From positions 116 through 64,115 of the forward strand of contig CAZWRZ010000013.1 in assembly GCA_964636555.1 (NCBI GenBank): 64,000 nucleotides of DNA, given 5' to 3'. Below the pieces are notes generated by a model. It did not search any database and had not been told where the DNA came from. It saw only the letters and a list, made by a program, of their open reading frames with translations. The translations under genes were made by a program, and so were the position numbers. This document shows positions 46,880 through 57,350 of this stretch, piece after piece; the stretch's first letter is position 1; the number at the start of each line of letters is the position of its first letter. Origin of the DNA: an uncultured Ruminiclostridium sp. (GTDB lineage Bacteria; Bacillota; Clostridia; Oscillospirales; Ruminococcaceae).

Positions 46880-47170
46880 TTTAAGCATACAAATTCAAGC
46901 AAACTTTACTGACAGCACGAATTTCAAAAAGGACGAAATTTTCAATTTCGTCCGGTTCCAGAAAATAAAGAGGAATGGAGCGGAATGAAATGAAGCGGAA
47001 TGGATCTTTATTTTTGGAATTTTGAAATTCTTTTCAAATCAGTAAATTACCACCAACATTTTTGAGAAAACCCCAAAATGAGAAAACATTTTTGGGAGAA
47101 CCAAAAATGAGCCAACATTTTTGAGAGAACCCAAAATCGAAAAAACTTTTCTGGGAGACCTCAAAACCTA
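46880..47170 (-). repeat. Modular intergenic element, family 1 copy H (inside the spc operon)
   Basis: Core 46909-47042 of B/F type with a GGA-rich loop, then four AACATTTTTGAGAGAACC-type units. Confidence 0.9.
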
Positions 47171-47234
47171 TTGACCGATGAAAAGGCAGGATAAAGTAAC
47201 TTCCTGCTGTCATCAGTGAGGAGATTTAAAGAAT

Positions 47235-47774
47235 ATGTCAACAATGAGAACCTATTATAAGGAAACCGTTGCTCCCGCACTGTTCAAGAAGTTTAACTAC
47301 AAGAGCGTTATGCAGATCCCCAAGCTGGACAAGATCGTAGTAAACGTAGCTTGCGGCGAGGCAAAGGACGATCACAAGAAGATCGACGCTATTATGGCAG
47401 ATCTTTCCGCCATCACAGGACAGAAGCCCGTAATATGCAAGGCTAAAAAGGCTATCGCAAACTTCAAGCTTCGTGAGGGCAACATCATCGGAGTTAAGGT
47501 AACCTTAAGAGGCGAAACAATGTACGAATTTTTGGATCGTTTCTTTAACGTTGCACTGCCCCGTGTTCGTGACTTCAGAGGTATCAACCCCAACAGCTTT
47601 GACGGCAGAGGCAATTACAGCGTAGGCGTTAAGGAGCAGTTGATTTTCCCTGAAATTGATTACGAAAAAATCGACAAGATTCGCGGTATGGACATCAACT
47701 TTGTAACCACCGCCAAGACTGACGAAGAAGCAAGAGAGCTTTTGAGCCTTATGGGCGCTCCCTTCTCCAAGTAA
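47235..47774 (+). CDS. rplE: 50S ribosomal protein L5
   Basis: [25 protein letters not shown]. Confidence 0.98.
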   Translation: MSTMRTYYKETVAPALFKKFNYKSVMQIPKLDKIVVNVACGEAKDDHKKIDAIMADLSAITGQKPVICKAKKAIANFKLREGNIIGVKVTLRGETMYEFLDRFFNVALPRVRDFRGINPNSFDGRGNYSVGVKEQLIFPEIDYEKIDKIRGMDINFVTTAKTDEEARELLSLMGAPFSK

Positions 47775-47790
47775 TGAAAGGAAAATATAA

Positions 47791-47976
47791 ATGGCTAAAA
47801 CAGCAATGATTCAAAAGCAGCAGCGTCCTGCAAAGTTTTCCACAAGAGCTTACAACAGATGCAAGCTTTGCGGAAGACCCCATGCTTACCTCCGTAAGTA
47901 CGGAATTTGCAGAATCTGTTTTAGAGAGCTTGCTTACAAGGGTCAGATCCCCGGCGTCAAGAAAGCAAGCTGGTAA
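47791..47976 (+). CDS. rpsN: 30S ribosomal protein S14, zinc-binding type Z
   Basis: CKLC...CRIC, 61 aa. Confidence 0.98.
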   Translation: MAKTAMIQKQQRPAKFSTRAYNRCKLCGRPHAYLRKYGICRICFRELAYKGQIPGVKKASW

Positions 47977-48280
47977 GATTTTCGCAAGGGGTGTGGCACT
48001 TGTGAAGCACCGGAGCTTGCAAAGCGTAACCATGCAGGCGAAAAAACCGCAAGGAAAAAGCAGGCAGGCGAAATTCCCCCCAAACGAAAAGAAATATCCC
48101 GAAACGGCAAGAGCAGAGCAGGCGGGTAAACTTGACGCAGACGGTCAGAAGAGAAAATCTATGACCGCCCCTTAATGCAAATGCTAACTACCGATTTAGA
48201 ACTCTGAGAATCAGGAGGATTTCCTTTTAACAAGGGAAGAAGGCACAAAGCCCCTCCGACGGAAAGGAATGGTCAAAAAG

Positions 48281-48679
48281 ATGCAGATCACCGATACTAT
48301 CGCAGATATGCTCACCAGAATACGCAATGCCAATTCGGCAAAGCATCCTTCTGTTGATATTCCCTGCTCCAATATGAAAAAGCAGATCGCACAGATTCTC
48401 GTAGACGAAGGTTATATCAAGAACTTCCGCGTTATCGAGGACAACAAGCAGGGCGTCATCAGAATCACTCTCAAATATACCGAGAACAAGCAGCAGGTCA
48501 TCACCGGACTGCGCAGAGTCAGCAAACCCGGTTTAAGAATTTATTCAAACAGCAAGGATATGCCTAAGGTAATGAAGGGCTTGGGAATTGCAATAGTTTC
48601 CACCTCCAAGGGCGTTATGACCGACAGAGCGGCAAGAGCGGCTCACGTTGGCGGCGAAGTCCTTGCGTTTGTATGGTAA
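48281..48679 (+). CDS. rpsH: 30S ribosomal protein S8
   Basis: [28 protein letters not shown]. Confidence 0.98.
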   Translation: MQITDTIADMLTRIRNANSAKHPSVDIPCSNMKKQIAQILVDEGYIKNFRVIEDNKQGVIRITLKYTENKQQVITGLRRVSKPGLRIYSNSKDMPKVMKGLGIAIVSTSKGVMTDRAARAAHVGGEVLAFVW

Positions 48680-48692
48680 GGAGGAACAGAAT

Positions 48693-49238
48693 ATGTCAAG
48701 AATTGGTAGAGCGCCTATTACTGTTCCTGCAGGCGTTGAAGTTACGGTTGACGGCAGCGCAGTTACAGTAAAAGGACCTAAGGGTACACTTACAAAAGAA
48801 TTCAAGCCACAGATGAAGATCACCGTTGACGCAGGTGTGGTTCATGTTACCCGTCCCGACGACGAGGCAGAGAACCGCGCGCTTCACGGACTTACAAGAA
48901 CCCTTATCCACAATATGATCGAAGGCGTTACAAACGGATTTTCCAAGGCTTTGGAAATCAACGGCGTCGGCTACAGATGCCAGAAGAACGGTAAGGATCT
49001 TAACCTTACACTGGGCTTCTCTCACCCCGTAGTTGTTTCCGATACAGAGGACATCACCATTGAAGCTCCTCAGCCCAACCAGATCATAATCAAGGGTATC
49101 GACAAGCAGAAGGTAGGCCAGTTTGCAGCAGAGGTTCGCAGCATCCGTCCTCCCGAACCCTATAAGGGCAAGGGCATCAAGTATGCTGACGAAGTGATCC
49201 GCCGCAAGGAAGGCAAAGCCGCTAAGGGCAAAAAGTAA
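48693..49238 (+). CDS. rplF: 50S ribosomal protein L6
   Basis: [19 protein letters not shown]. Confidence 0.98.
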   Translation: MSRIGRAPITVPAGVEVTVDGSAVTVKGPKGTLTKEFKPQMKITVDAGVVHVTRPDDEAENRALHGLTRTLIHNMIEGVTNGFSKALEINGVGYRCQKNGKDLNLTLGFSHPVVVSDTEDITIEAPQPNQIIIKGIDKQKVGQFAAEVRSIRPPEPYKGKGIKYADEVIRRKEGKAAKGKK

Positions 49239-49252
49239 GGGGTGAATGAGAA

Positions 49253-49612
49253 ATGATAAAAATAATTGATAAAAAGGCTAACAGAGTTAAGCGTCATATC
49301 AGAGTACGCGCAAAGATCAGCGGTACTCCCGATTGCCCCCGTCTTAATGTTTTCCGTTCCGCAAAGCACATCTATGCACAGCTTATAGACGATACCAAGG
49401 GCGTTACTCTCTGCTCCGCTTCCACACTGGAAAAGGGCTTTGAGGGCTTCGGCGGCAACGCAGAGGCAGCCAAGAAGGTAGGTCAGAAATTGGCTGAAAG
49501 AGCTAAGGACAAGGGAATAAACGATGTAGTTTTCGACCGTTCCGGCTATGTATATCACGGCAGAGTAGCGGCGCTTGCAGAAGGCGCTCGTGAAGGCGGA
49601 CTGAATTTCTAA
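49253..49612 (+). CDS. rplR: 50S ribosomal protein L18
   Basis: [21 protein letters not shown]. Confidence 0.98.
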   Translation: MIKIIDKKANRVKRHIRVRAKISGTPDCPRLNVFRSAKHIYAQLIDDTKGVTLCSASTLEKGFEGFGGNAEAAKKVGQKLAERAKDKGINDVVFDRSGYVYHGRVAALAEGAREGGLNF

Positions 49613-49631
49613 GAATAGGAGGAAAAAGATT

Positions 49632-50132
49632 TTGGCACTTATAGACGCATCAAAATTGGAGCTTTCCGAAAAGGTTGTAGCCATCAACAGAGTAAGCAAG
49701 ACTGTTCAGGGCGGACGTATCATGAAGTTCAGCGCACTTGTTGTAGTAGGCGACGGCAACGGAATCGTAGGCTTTGGCTTGGGAAAGTCAAACGAAGTTC
49801 CCGACGCTATCCGCAAGGGAATCGAGGACGCCAAGAAAAACCTTGTTAAAATATCTCTTAAGGGAACCACAATTCCTCATGAGGTAGTCGGCAAGTTCGG
49901 CGCAGGCGCAGTTCTTATGAAGCCCGCTCCCGAAGGTACCGGCGTTATCGCAGGCGGTCCTGTCCGTTCCGTTATCGAAATGGCAGGCATCAAGAACATC
50001 AGAACAAAGTCCCTTCGCTCCAACAATCCCTGCAACGTGGTAAGAGCTACCATGGCGGGACTGACATCTTTAAGAGATGCAGAGCAGGTTGCAGCCCTCA
50101 GAGGCAAGACCGTTAAGGAAATTTTTAACTAA
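49632..50132 (+). CDS. rpsE: 30S ribosomal protein S5
   Basis: [20 protein letters not shown]; TTG start. Confidence 0.98.
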   Translation: MALIDASKLELSEKVVAINRVSKTVQGGRIMKFSALVVVGDGNGIVGFGLGKSNEVPDAIRKGIEDAKKNLVKISLKGTTIPHEVVGKFGAGAVLMKPAPEGTGVIAGGPVRSVIEMAGIKNIRTKSLRSNNPCNVVRATMAGLTSLRDAEQVAALRGKTVKEIFN

Positions 50133-50133
50133 A

Positions 50134-50317
50134 GGAACATGTTCTCATAGAATCGGCGCACGTCTTTTTGGCGAAATTTTCCGCACTCTTCGTCAAAGAA
50201 TCCCTTGCGACTTTTTCAAAGTCGCTGAAATACATTAAGTATTCCTGCGGATTTTTTCCTTGATTGCGAAAAATTTCACTCAAAAATCCGCACACCGCTT
50301 CTACAAGAACAAGTTCC
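50134..50317. mobile_element. About 184-bp palindromic MITE-like element, family 2 copy 2 (between rpsE and rpmD)
   Basis: Imperfect terminal IR GGAACATGTTCTCATAGAA/TTCTACAAGAACAAGTTCC; shares TGAAATAC-N5-GTATTCCTGCGG with 20524-20686. Confidence 0.72.
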
Positions 50318-50335
50318 GTGAAAGGAGCCACTGAA

Positions 50336-50512
50336 ATGGCAAAGAAAATCAAGCTGGTTAAATCTTTGATCGGTCGTAAAAAAAGTCATATCGCTACCGC
50401 ACACTCCTTGGGACTTCGTAAGATAAACGATGTGACGGTACAGCCCGACAATGCGGCAACCAACGGAAAAATCAAAGAAATAAGCTATTTAATCGAGGTT
50501 ACAGAGGATTAA
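50336..50512 (+). CDS. rpmD: 50S ribosomal protein L30
   Basis: [17 protein letters not shown]; AAAGGAG SD. Confidence 0.96.
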   Translation: MAKKIKLVKSLIGRKKSHIATAHSLGLRKINDVTVQPDNAATNGKIKEISYLIEVTED

Positions 50513-50543
50513 AATCATCAAGAATAAGGAGGTGTAACTAAAC

Positions 50544-50990
50544 ATGAAGCTACACGAATTATCTCCCGCTCCCGGTTCCGTTAAGGACGTAAAGCGCATA
50601 GGCAGAGGTCACGGCTCAGGTCAAGGCAAGACTGCCGGCAAGGGACACAAGGGACAGTGGGCACGTTCAGGCGGCGGAGTTAAGCCCGGCTTTGAAGGCG
50701 GTCAGACAAAGCTTGCAATGCGTATCCCTAAGCGCGGATTTAACAATAAGAATTTCGCCACCGTATATGCTACCGTTAACGTAAGCGATCTGGAAAGAAA
50801 GTTTGAAAGCGGTGCAGTCGTTGACGAGGCAGCTATCGTTGAGGCGGGTCTTCTGAAAAAGACCTTTGACGGAGTAAAGATCCTCGGCAGAGGCGAAATT
50901 ACAAAATCCCTCACTGTAAAGGTTGCAAAGTTTTCCGAGAGCGCAAAATCCAAAATTGAAAGCGCAGGCGGAAAGGCTGAGGTGATCTGA
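50544..50990 (+). CDS. rplO: 50S ribosomal protein L15
   Basis: [24 protein letters not shown]. Confidence 0.98.
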   Translation: MKLHELSPAPGSVKDVKRIGRGHGSGQGKTAGKGHKGQWARSGGGVKPGFEGGQTKLAMRIPKRGFNNKNFATVYATVNVSDLERKFESGAVVDEAAIVEAGLLKKTFDGVKILGRGEITKSLTVKVAKFSESAKSKIESAGGKAEVI

Positions 50991-52303
50991 TGTTTGAAGT
51001 TTTCCGAAATGCATGGAAATTAGCTGATTTGAGGAAAAAAATTCTTTACACATTGTTCATCATAGTAATATTCCGTTTTGGCGCAAGCATATTCGTTCCC
51101 TTCTTAAACTCGACAATGATCGCAGGTACTCTGGGTATGAACTCAAGCGACGGAAACCTGTTCTCCTACTGGGATCAGATGACCGGCGGCTCACTGAGCA
51201 AGGGTACATTGTTCGCAATGTCCATTACCCCCTATATCAACGCTTCGATCATTGTACAGCTTTTAACGGTGGCTATAAAACCATTGGAAAGGCTGGCTAA
51301 GGAAGGCGAAGAGGGAAGAAAAAAGCTCAATAAGATCAACAAGTATGTTGCTCTGGGCTTGGCTATCTTCCAGGCAGTAGCTTTCTATATCACCCTGAGA
51401 AACGGCGGCGTAGTAAAATACACCAGCGGATTCAGCGGAGTTTTGGCGGCAATAACCATTGTTGCGTGCTTCGTAGCGGGTGCTTCACTGATTATATGGC
51501 TCGGCGACCAGATAAGTGAAAAGGGTATCGGAAACGGAATCTCAATGATACTTTTCGCAGGTATTGTTTCGAGAATGCCCGGAGATATCTACGGACTTAT
51601 TATGACAATTAAAACAGGCGGAATCAAGAACGCTATCCTCGTTCCCATTATCCTTCTCATCTATGTAGGAATGATCACTTTGGTCGTTCTTATGACCAAT
51701 GCGGAAAGAAAAATTCCCGTACAGTACGCAAAGCGTGTTGTTGGAAGAAAGATGTACGGCGGTCAGTCCAGCTACATTCCTATCAAGGTAGCTATGACAG
51801 GCGTTATGCCCATTATCTTCGCAATGTCCATCATGTCATTGCCTTCCACTATCTGCTTCTTCTTCGGAATCAAGGGCGACTACACCAGCGGCCACAATTT
51901 CTGGGAAGGCTTCGTAAGATTGTTCAGCACATCAAGCTGGCTGTATGCGGTGCTTTACTTCCTGCTTATCATCGGCTTTAACTATTTCTATGTTGCAATT
52001 ACCTTTAATCCTATTCAGATCGCCAACGATCTGAAGAAAAACAACGGCGCTATCCCCGGTTACAGACCCGGACAGCCCACAGCGGATTTCATAAACAATT
52101 CTCTTACAAAGATAACACTTATCGGAGCACTGTTCCTTGGCTTTGTCGCAATATTCCCCATTATATTCCAGAATATTTCGGGAATTACGGGACTGTCCTT
52201 GGGCGGTACCACGATCCTTATCGTTGTAGGCGTTGCGCTTGAAACCGTTCGTTCTATCGAAAGCCAGATGATGATGCGTCATCACAAGGGCTTCCTTGAA
52301 TGA
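50990..52303 (+). CDS. secY: Preprotein translocase subunit SecY
   Basis: SITPYINASII, GIGNGIS, IPVQYAKR, IPGYRPG, GGTTILIVVGV. Confidence 0.98.
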   Translation: MFEVFRNAWKLADLRKKILYTLFIIVIFRFGASIFVPFLNSTMIAGTLGMNSSDGNLFSYWDQMTGGSLSKGTLFAMSITPYINASIIVQLLTVAIKPLERLAKEGEEGRKKLNKINKYVALGLAIFQAVAFYITLRNGGVVKYTSGFSGVLAAITIVACFVAGASLIIWLGDQISEKGIGNGISMILFAGIVSRMPGDIYGLIMTIKTGGIKNAILVPIILLIYVGMITLVVLMTNAERKIPVQYAKRVVGRKMYGGQSSYIPIKVAMTGVMPIIFAMSIMSLPSTICFFFGIKGDYTSGHNFWEGFVRLFSTSSWLYAVLYFLLIIGFNYFYVAITFNPIQIANDLKKNNGAIPGYRPGQPTADFINNSLTKITLIGALFLGFVAIFPIIFQNISGITGLSLGGTTILIVVGVALETVRSIESQMMMRHHKGFLE

Positions 52304-52350
52304 TAATCGACAATCGTAAGAAAACAATAAAGGAAAGGGAAGTAGCTTTT

Positions 52351-52989
52351 ATGAATGTTATTTTTTTAGGCGCTCCCGGCGCAGGCAAAGGTACAATGGC
52401 AGAGATCGTAACTGCCAAGTTAGGTATCCCCTCCATTTCCACAGGCAACATTCTCCGTGAGGCAAAGGCTAAGGGAACTCCCGCAGGTCTTGCCGCAAAG
52501 GAGTATATGGACAAGGGCGCTCTGGTGCCTGACGACGTGGTTATCGGAGTTCTGAAGGACAGGATCGCGCAGGACGACTGCAAGAAGGGCTTTATCCTTG
52601 ACGGCTTCCCCAGAACGGTGGAGCAGGCAGAGGCTCTTGATAAAATGGGAGTTACCATTGATAAAGTTATCGAGATCGACATTGCCGACGAAAAGATAAT
52701 CGCCCGTATCGCAGGCAGAAGGGTCTGCACCAATTCCAAGTGCGGTGCTTCCTATCATATTCAGAACAAGCCTACCAAGGCAGAGGGCGTATGCGACCTC
52801 TGCGGATCAAAGGTTGAGGCTCGTGTGGATGACCAGCCCGATGTAGTTTTGTCAAGACTTGAGACATATCATGAGAAAACTGCTCCCTTAAAGGGATATT
52901 ACGAAAAGAAGGGCATTCTTGTTACCGTAAAGGGCGAGGACGGAATCGACGCAACCGCAAAGCCTATATTGGAAGCATTGCAGGGCTAA
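52351..52989 (+). CDS. adk: Adenylate kinase (Zn-binding lid)
   Basis: GAPGAGKGT, LDGFPRT, four-Cys lid. Confidence 0.98.
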   Translation: MNVIFLGAPGAGKGTMAEIVTAKLGIPSISTGNILREAKAKGTPAGLAAKEYMDKGALVPDDVVIGVLKDRIAQDDCKKGFILDGFPRTVEQAEALDKMGVTIDKVIEIDIADEKIIARIAGRRVCTNSKCGASYHIQNKPTKAEGVCDLCGSKVEARVDDQPDVVLSRLETYHEKTAPLKGYYEKKGILVTVKGEDGIDATAKPILEALQG

Positions 52990-52998
52990 GAGGTCAAG

Positions 52999-53754
52999 AT
53001 GATTCAAGTTAAATCGGCGGCGGAAATTGCTAAGATGATCAAAGCGGGTCAGTTGGCAGCAAGAGCCTTGGAGTATGCGGGCAAAAACGCAGTGGTGGGA
53101 ATTTCCACTTGGGAGCTTGACAGATTGGTTAACGAATTTGTTATCTCACACGGCGGACACTCTCCCTGCAAGGGCTACGGGGGTTTCCCCGGACACAACT
53201 GCTACTCCGTAAACCAAGAGCTTATCCACGGAATTCCCTCCAAAAAGAAAATTCTCAAGGAGGGGGACATTCTTTCCTGTGATATAGTGGCGGAGCTGGA
53301 CGGCTATATGGGCGACAACACCAAAACCTTCAGGATAGGACAGGTAAGCGAGTCTAAGGAAAGGCTTTTGCAGGCAACGGAATCAGCTCTTTACAAGGGT
53401 ATTGAGCAAGCGGTAAAGGGCAACAGAGTAGGCGATATCAGCCATGCTATCCAGAGCGCCGTTGAAGGCGCAGGCTATTTCGTGGTGAAAAAGTACATCG
53501 GTCACGGAATAGGAAAGGAAATGCACGAGGATCCCGAGGTTCCCAATTTCGGAAAAGCGGGAAGGGGACCGAGACTGGTACCGGGTATGACTATTGCTAT
53601 TGAGCCGATGGTCAACGAAACCACCGAAAATGTCAAGATATTAAGCGACAACTGGACGGTGGTGGAGGCAAACGGAAATATGTCCGCCCACTTTGAGCAT
53701 ACCGTTCTCATTACCGAGGATAAACCCCTGATACTGACGCTTGCATGCGGTTAA
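52999..53754 (+). CDS. map: Methionine aminopeptidase type I
   Basis: HGIP, GDNTKT, GHGIG, IEPM, SAHFEHT. Confidence 0.97.
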   Translation: MIQVKSAAEIAKMIKAGQLAARALEYAGKNAVVGISTWELDRLVNEFVISHGGHSPCKGYGGFPGHNCYSVNQELIHGIPSKKKILKEGDILSCDIVAELDGYMGDNTKTFRIGQVSESKERLLQATESALYKGIEQAVKGNRVGDISHAIQSAVEGAGYFVVKKYIGHGIGKEMHEDPEVPNFGKAGRGPRLVPGMTIAIEPMVNETTENVKILSDNWTVVEANGNMSAHFEHTVLITEDKPLILTLACG

Positions 53755-53784
53755 GCGGAAATTCGGTATCCCAAGAAAAAAGCT

Positions 53785-54042
53785 ATGGAATTTGAAACAG
53801 GCACTGTGGTCATCAGCAAGGCAGGACGCGACAAGGGCTATTTTATGGCAGTTGTGGGCAGAGAGGGTGGAAATCTTCTTGTGGCTGACGGAAAAGAACG
53901 TCCGCTGAGCAGACCCAAAAAGAAAAATCCCAAGCACCTGCAAAAAACCAACCGAAAGGTTGATTTGGAGCAGCTAACCGATAAAAAGCTCAGAACCCTT
54001 TTGGGGACTATGGGCAGATTAGAGGAAAAAGGGCAAGCTTGA
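53785..54042 (+). CDS. KOW-domain RNA-binding protein (L14e-like)
   Basis: GTVVISKAGRDKG, KKKNPKHL; usual position between map and infA. Confidence 0.9.
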   Translation: MEFETGTVVISKAGRDKGYFMAVVGREGGNLLVADGKERPLSRPKKKNPKHLQKTNRKVDLEQLTDKKLRTLLGTMGRLEEKGQA

Positions 54043-54202
54043 AGCAATGTATGGCAGGCGTCAGAAATTGCCGTTTGCCGTAAAACATTCTCGACGGATA
54101 TCTACAAAATAATTACGCTTTATAGTGTAAAATAGTTTCAAGATGTCTAATGCGGCAAAGCATTTAGCCGTGAATTTCCTCCAAGGAAAGGAAGAACACA
54201 GT

Positions 54203-54421
54203 TTGTCCAAGGAAGATGTTATCGAAGTTGAAGGTGTAATTCAGGAGGCGCTGCCAAATGCGACCTTTAAGGTAAAGCTTTCCAACGGTCATGAAATACT
54301 GGCTCACGTAAGCGGAAAGCTTCGTATGAATTACATCAGAATTCTGCCGGGAGATAAGGTAACTATTGAAATGTCGCCTTATGATCTGTCAAAGGGCAGA
54401 ATCACATGGAGAGCAAAGTAA
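54203..54421 (+). CDS. infA: Translation initiation factor IF-1
   Basis: [34 protein letters not shown]; TTG start. Confidence 0.97.
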   Translation: MSKEDVIEVEGVIQEALPNATFKVKLSNGHEILAHVSGKLRMNYIRILPGDKVTIEMSPYDLSKGRITWRAK

Positions 54422-54463
54422 TTTGCTTGAAACCCTTAAGCCTTAGGAAAGGAAGTAATCGAA

Positions 54464-54577
54464 ATGAAAGTAAGACCTTCAGTAAAGCCCATGTGCGACA
54501 AGTGCAAGGTTATTAAGCGCAAGGGCAGAGTAATGGTAATCTGCAAAGATCCTAAGCATAAACAAAGACAGGGCTAA
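54464..54577 (+). CDS. rpmJ: 50S ribosomal protein L36
   Basis: Hand translated: [37 protein letters not shown]. Confidence 0.98.
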   Translation: MKVRPSVKPMCDKCKVIKRKGRVMVICKDPKHKQRQG

Positions 54578-54603
54578 TCCCTGAGAAAGGAAAGGTTTAC
54601 AGT

Positions 54604-54972
54604 ATGGCAAGAATCGCCGGTGTGGATCTGCCCAAGGAAAAGCGCGTAGAAATCGGCTTGACCTATGTATTTGGTATCGGCAGAAAATCCGCAAATGATA
54701 TTTTGGCAGCAGCAGGCGTTAACCCCGACACTCGCGTTAAGGACTTGACCGATGACGAGGAAGCAAAGATCCGTGAGGTTATCGACCAGCACTACCATGT
54801 AGAGGGTGACCTCCGCCGTGAGGTTGCAATGAACATCAAGCGTCTGGTTGAAATCAACTGCTACCGCGGTGTCCGTCACAGAAAGGGACTCCCCGTAAGA
54901 GGACAGAGAACCAAGACCAACGCAAGAACCCGCAAAGGTCCCGCAAAGACTATTGCAAACAAGAAGAAGTAA
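54604..54972 (+). CDS. rpsM: 30S ribosomal protein S13
   Basis: [25 protein letters not shown]. Confidence 0.98.
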   Translation: MARIAGVDLPKEKRVEIGLTYVFGIGRKSANDILAAAGVNPDTRVKDLTDDEEAKIREVIDQHYHVEGDLRREVAMNIKRLVEINCYRGVRHRKGLPVRGQRTKTNARTRKGPAKTIANKKK

Positions 54973-55032
54973 GAGTGAGTTTTTAAGGCTGATACGCAGA
55001 AAACTCCCGTTTTACAGAAAGGAAAAATATAA

Positions 55033-55437
55033 ATGGCAGCTAACAAGGCTAACGTTAAAAAGGCAGGCGTACGCCGCCGCGACCGTAAGAACATCGAAAA
55101 CGGCTCGGCGCATATCCAGTCCACTTTTAACAATACAATCGTTACTATCACAGACCTTCAGGGCAACACCCTGTCATGGGCAAGCGCAGGCGGCTTGGGC
55201 TTCAGAGGAAACAGAAAGTCCACTCCCTTCGCAGCTCAGTCCGCAGCCGAAACAGCAGCTAAGGCAGCTATGGTTCACGGCTTAAAGACCGTTGAGGTAT
55301 ACGTAAAGGGACCCGGAGCAGGCCGTGAAGCAGCTATCAGAGCGCTTTCCACAGCAGGCTTGGAGGTAAGAATGATCAAGGACGTTACCCCCATTCCCCA
55401 CAACGGATGCCGCCCTCCCAAGAGGAGAAGAGTGTAG
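55033..55437 (+). CDS. rpsK: 30S ribosomal protein S11
   Basis: [24 protein letters not shown]. Confidence 0.98.
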   Translation: MAANKANVKKAGVRRRDRKNIENGSAHIQSTFNNTIVTITDLQGNTLSWASAGGLGFRGNRKSTPFAAQSAAETAAKAAMVHGLKTVEVYVKGPGAGREAAIRALSTAGLEVRMIKDVTPIPHNGCRPPKRRRV

Positions 55438-55562
55438 TTTTTAATAATGAGCGTCGTTGCTCATTGTCGGACGAGGCAGGGCTTATAATCCTTACCGAGT
55501 GTCCGATACGGAGGACAATGCTGCACATTGTCCCGAACTTTAAATAAACGGAGGAATTTATA

Positions 55563-56159
55563 ATGGCAGTAGATAAAACACCTGTGCTTAAAAGATGCAA
55601 GGCATTGGGAATCAGCCCCGCAGTTCTGGGCTACAGCAAGGAAACCAACAGAAAGGGCAACGGAAATCCCCGCAAGAAGGTTTCCGAATACGGAATGCAG
55701 CTGAGAGAAAAGCAGAAGCTGAAATTCATTTACGGCGTACTTGAAAAGCAGTTCCATCATTACTATGAAATGGCTATCAAGGAAGAGGGCGTAGCAGGTG
55801 AAAACCTTATCAGACTTCTTGAATCCCGCCTTGACAACGTAGTATTCAGAATGGGCATGGCAATAACCCGCCGCGAAGCAAGACAGCTTGTTGGTCACGG
55901 TCACTTTACCGTAAACGGCAAGAGAGTTGATATCCCTTCCTACAAGGTAAAGGCAGGAGATGTTGTAGCTCTTTCCGAAAGAAGCAAGAAAAGCCCTAAG
56001 TTTGCTCAGATCGCCGAGGCAACCAACGGCAGACTTATCCCTGTTTGGCTCGATATGAACAAGGAAGAGTCCAAAGCAGTTGTTACCCGTCTTCCTCAGA
56101 GAGATGAACTTGATTTCGAGATCGAAGAGCAGCTCGTAATCGAATTGTACTCCAAATAA
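55563..56159 (+). CDS. rpsD: 30S ribosomal protein S4
   Basis: SEYGMQLREKQK, LESRLDNVV, ARQLVGHGH. Confidence 0.98.
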   Translation: MAVDKTPVLKRCKALGISPAVLGYSKETNRKGNGNPRKKVSEYGMQLREKQKLKFIYGVLEKQFHHYYEMAIKEEGVAGENLIRLLESRLDNVVFRMGMAITRREARQLVGHGHFTVNGKRVDIPSYKVKAGDVVALSERSKKSPKFAQIAEATNGRLIPVWLDMNKEESKAVVTRLPQRDELDFEIEEQLVIELYSK

Positions 56160-56358
56160 TAATTTATTTGACGAGGTATTCAGGTTATTTAAGACGGTAT
56201 ACTTGGTGCGATTATTTTTAATTTACAATCATCAGCATCGTAATTTAAAATTAACCGGGGCTGCACAGCCCAATGATTCCCTGACGGGGATCCCTGAGCA
56301 TACAATGAAGCGATCTGTTCTGTAAGGAACGGATCACAACAGCAGGAGGGTTTACAGA

Positions 56359-57315
56359 ATGCTTGAAAAAATAGAAAAGCCGGAAATTGAAATCGTTAAG
56401 AAGAGCAACGACGGTAAATACAGTATGTTTACCTTAGAGCCTTTGGAAAGCGGTTTCGGCAACACCATAGGCAACAGCCTTAGGCGTGTTTTGCTCTCCT
56501 CATTGCCCGGAGTTGCGGTTACAAGCGTCAAAATCGACGGGGTACAGCACGAGTTTTCCACTGTTCCCGGAGTCAAGGAAGATGTAACCGAGATAATCCT
56601 TAATGTTAAGGGCTTAATAGCAAAGATGTTCGGTGAAACTCCCAAAACCGTATATATTGAGGCGGAAGGCGAGTGCGAGGTAACTGCCGGCGATATAAAG
56701 ACCGACAGCGAGATAGAAATTCTTGATCCCGGCATGCACATTGCCACTCTTACTGCGGGCGCAAAGCTCAATATGGAGTTGACCTTCGACAGAGGCAGAG
56801 GTTATGTAAGCGCAGAAAAGAACAAGCAGCTTATGGTACAGCCTCCTATCGGTATAATTGCGGTAGACAGCATATATACGCCTGTTCTTAAGGTAAATTA
56901 CACGGTTGAAAACACCCGTGTGGGACAGCGTATCGATTATGACAAGCTTATTTTAGAGGTTTGGACTGACGGCACGACAACAGCCAAGGAAGCGGTAAGC
57001 TATGCGGCAAAATTCCTTTGTCAGCATCTCCAGCCCTTTGTTGAGCTGTCCGACGAGGTCAGCCAGCCTGAGCTTATGGTGGAAAAGGACGACAAGAGCA
57101 AGGATAAGATCCTTGAAAAGACTATTGAGGATCTGGAGCTTTCCGTTCGTTCCTTCAACTGCCTGAAGCGCGCCAACATCAACACCGTTGAGGACTTGAT
57201 CTCCAAGTCTCCCGAGGAAATGATGAAGGTTCGTAATTTGGGCAAGAAATCCTTCGACGAGGTCAACGCTAAGCTTAAGGAACTGGGCTTTGCACTGGCT
57301 GAGCCTGAGGAGTAA
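56359..57315 (+). CDS. rpoA: RNA polymerase alpha subunit
   Basis: [40 protein letters not shown]. Confidence 0.98.
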   Translation: MLEKIEKPEIEIVKKSNDGKYSMFTLEPLESGFGNTIGNSLRRVLLSSLPGVAVTSVKIDGVQHEFSTVPGVKEDVTEIILNVKGLIAKMFGETPKTVYIEAEGECEVTAGDIKTDSEIEILDPGMHIATLTAGAKLNMELTFDRGRGYVSAEKNKQLMVQPPIGIIAVDSIYTPVLKVNYTVENTRVGQRIDYDKLILEVWTDGTTTAKEAVSYAAKFLCQHLQPFVELSDEVSQPELMVEKDDKSKDKILEKTIEDLELSVRSFNCLKRANINTVEDLISKSPEEMMKVRNLGKKSFDEVNAKLKELGFALAEPEE

Positions 57316-57350
57316 TTTACTGACACTCTTACAGAAAGGAGTAAAAGCAA

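Noticed and set aside
55563-56159. rpsD inside the alpha operon, unlike Bacillus
   Set aside because: Normal arrangement in Clostridia.
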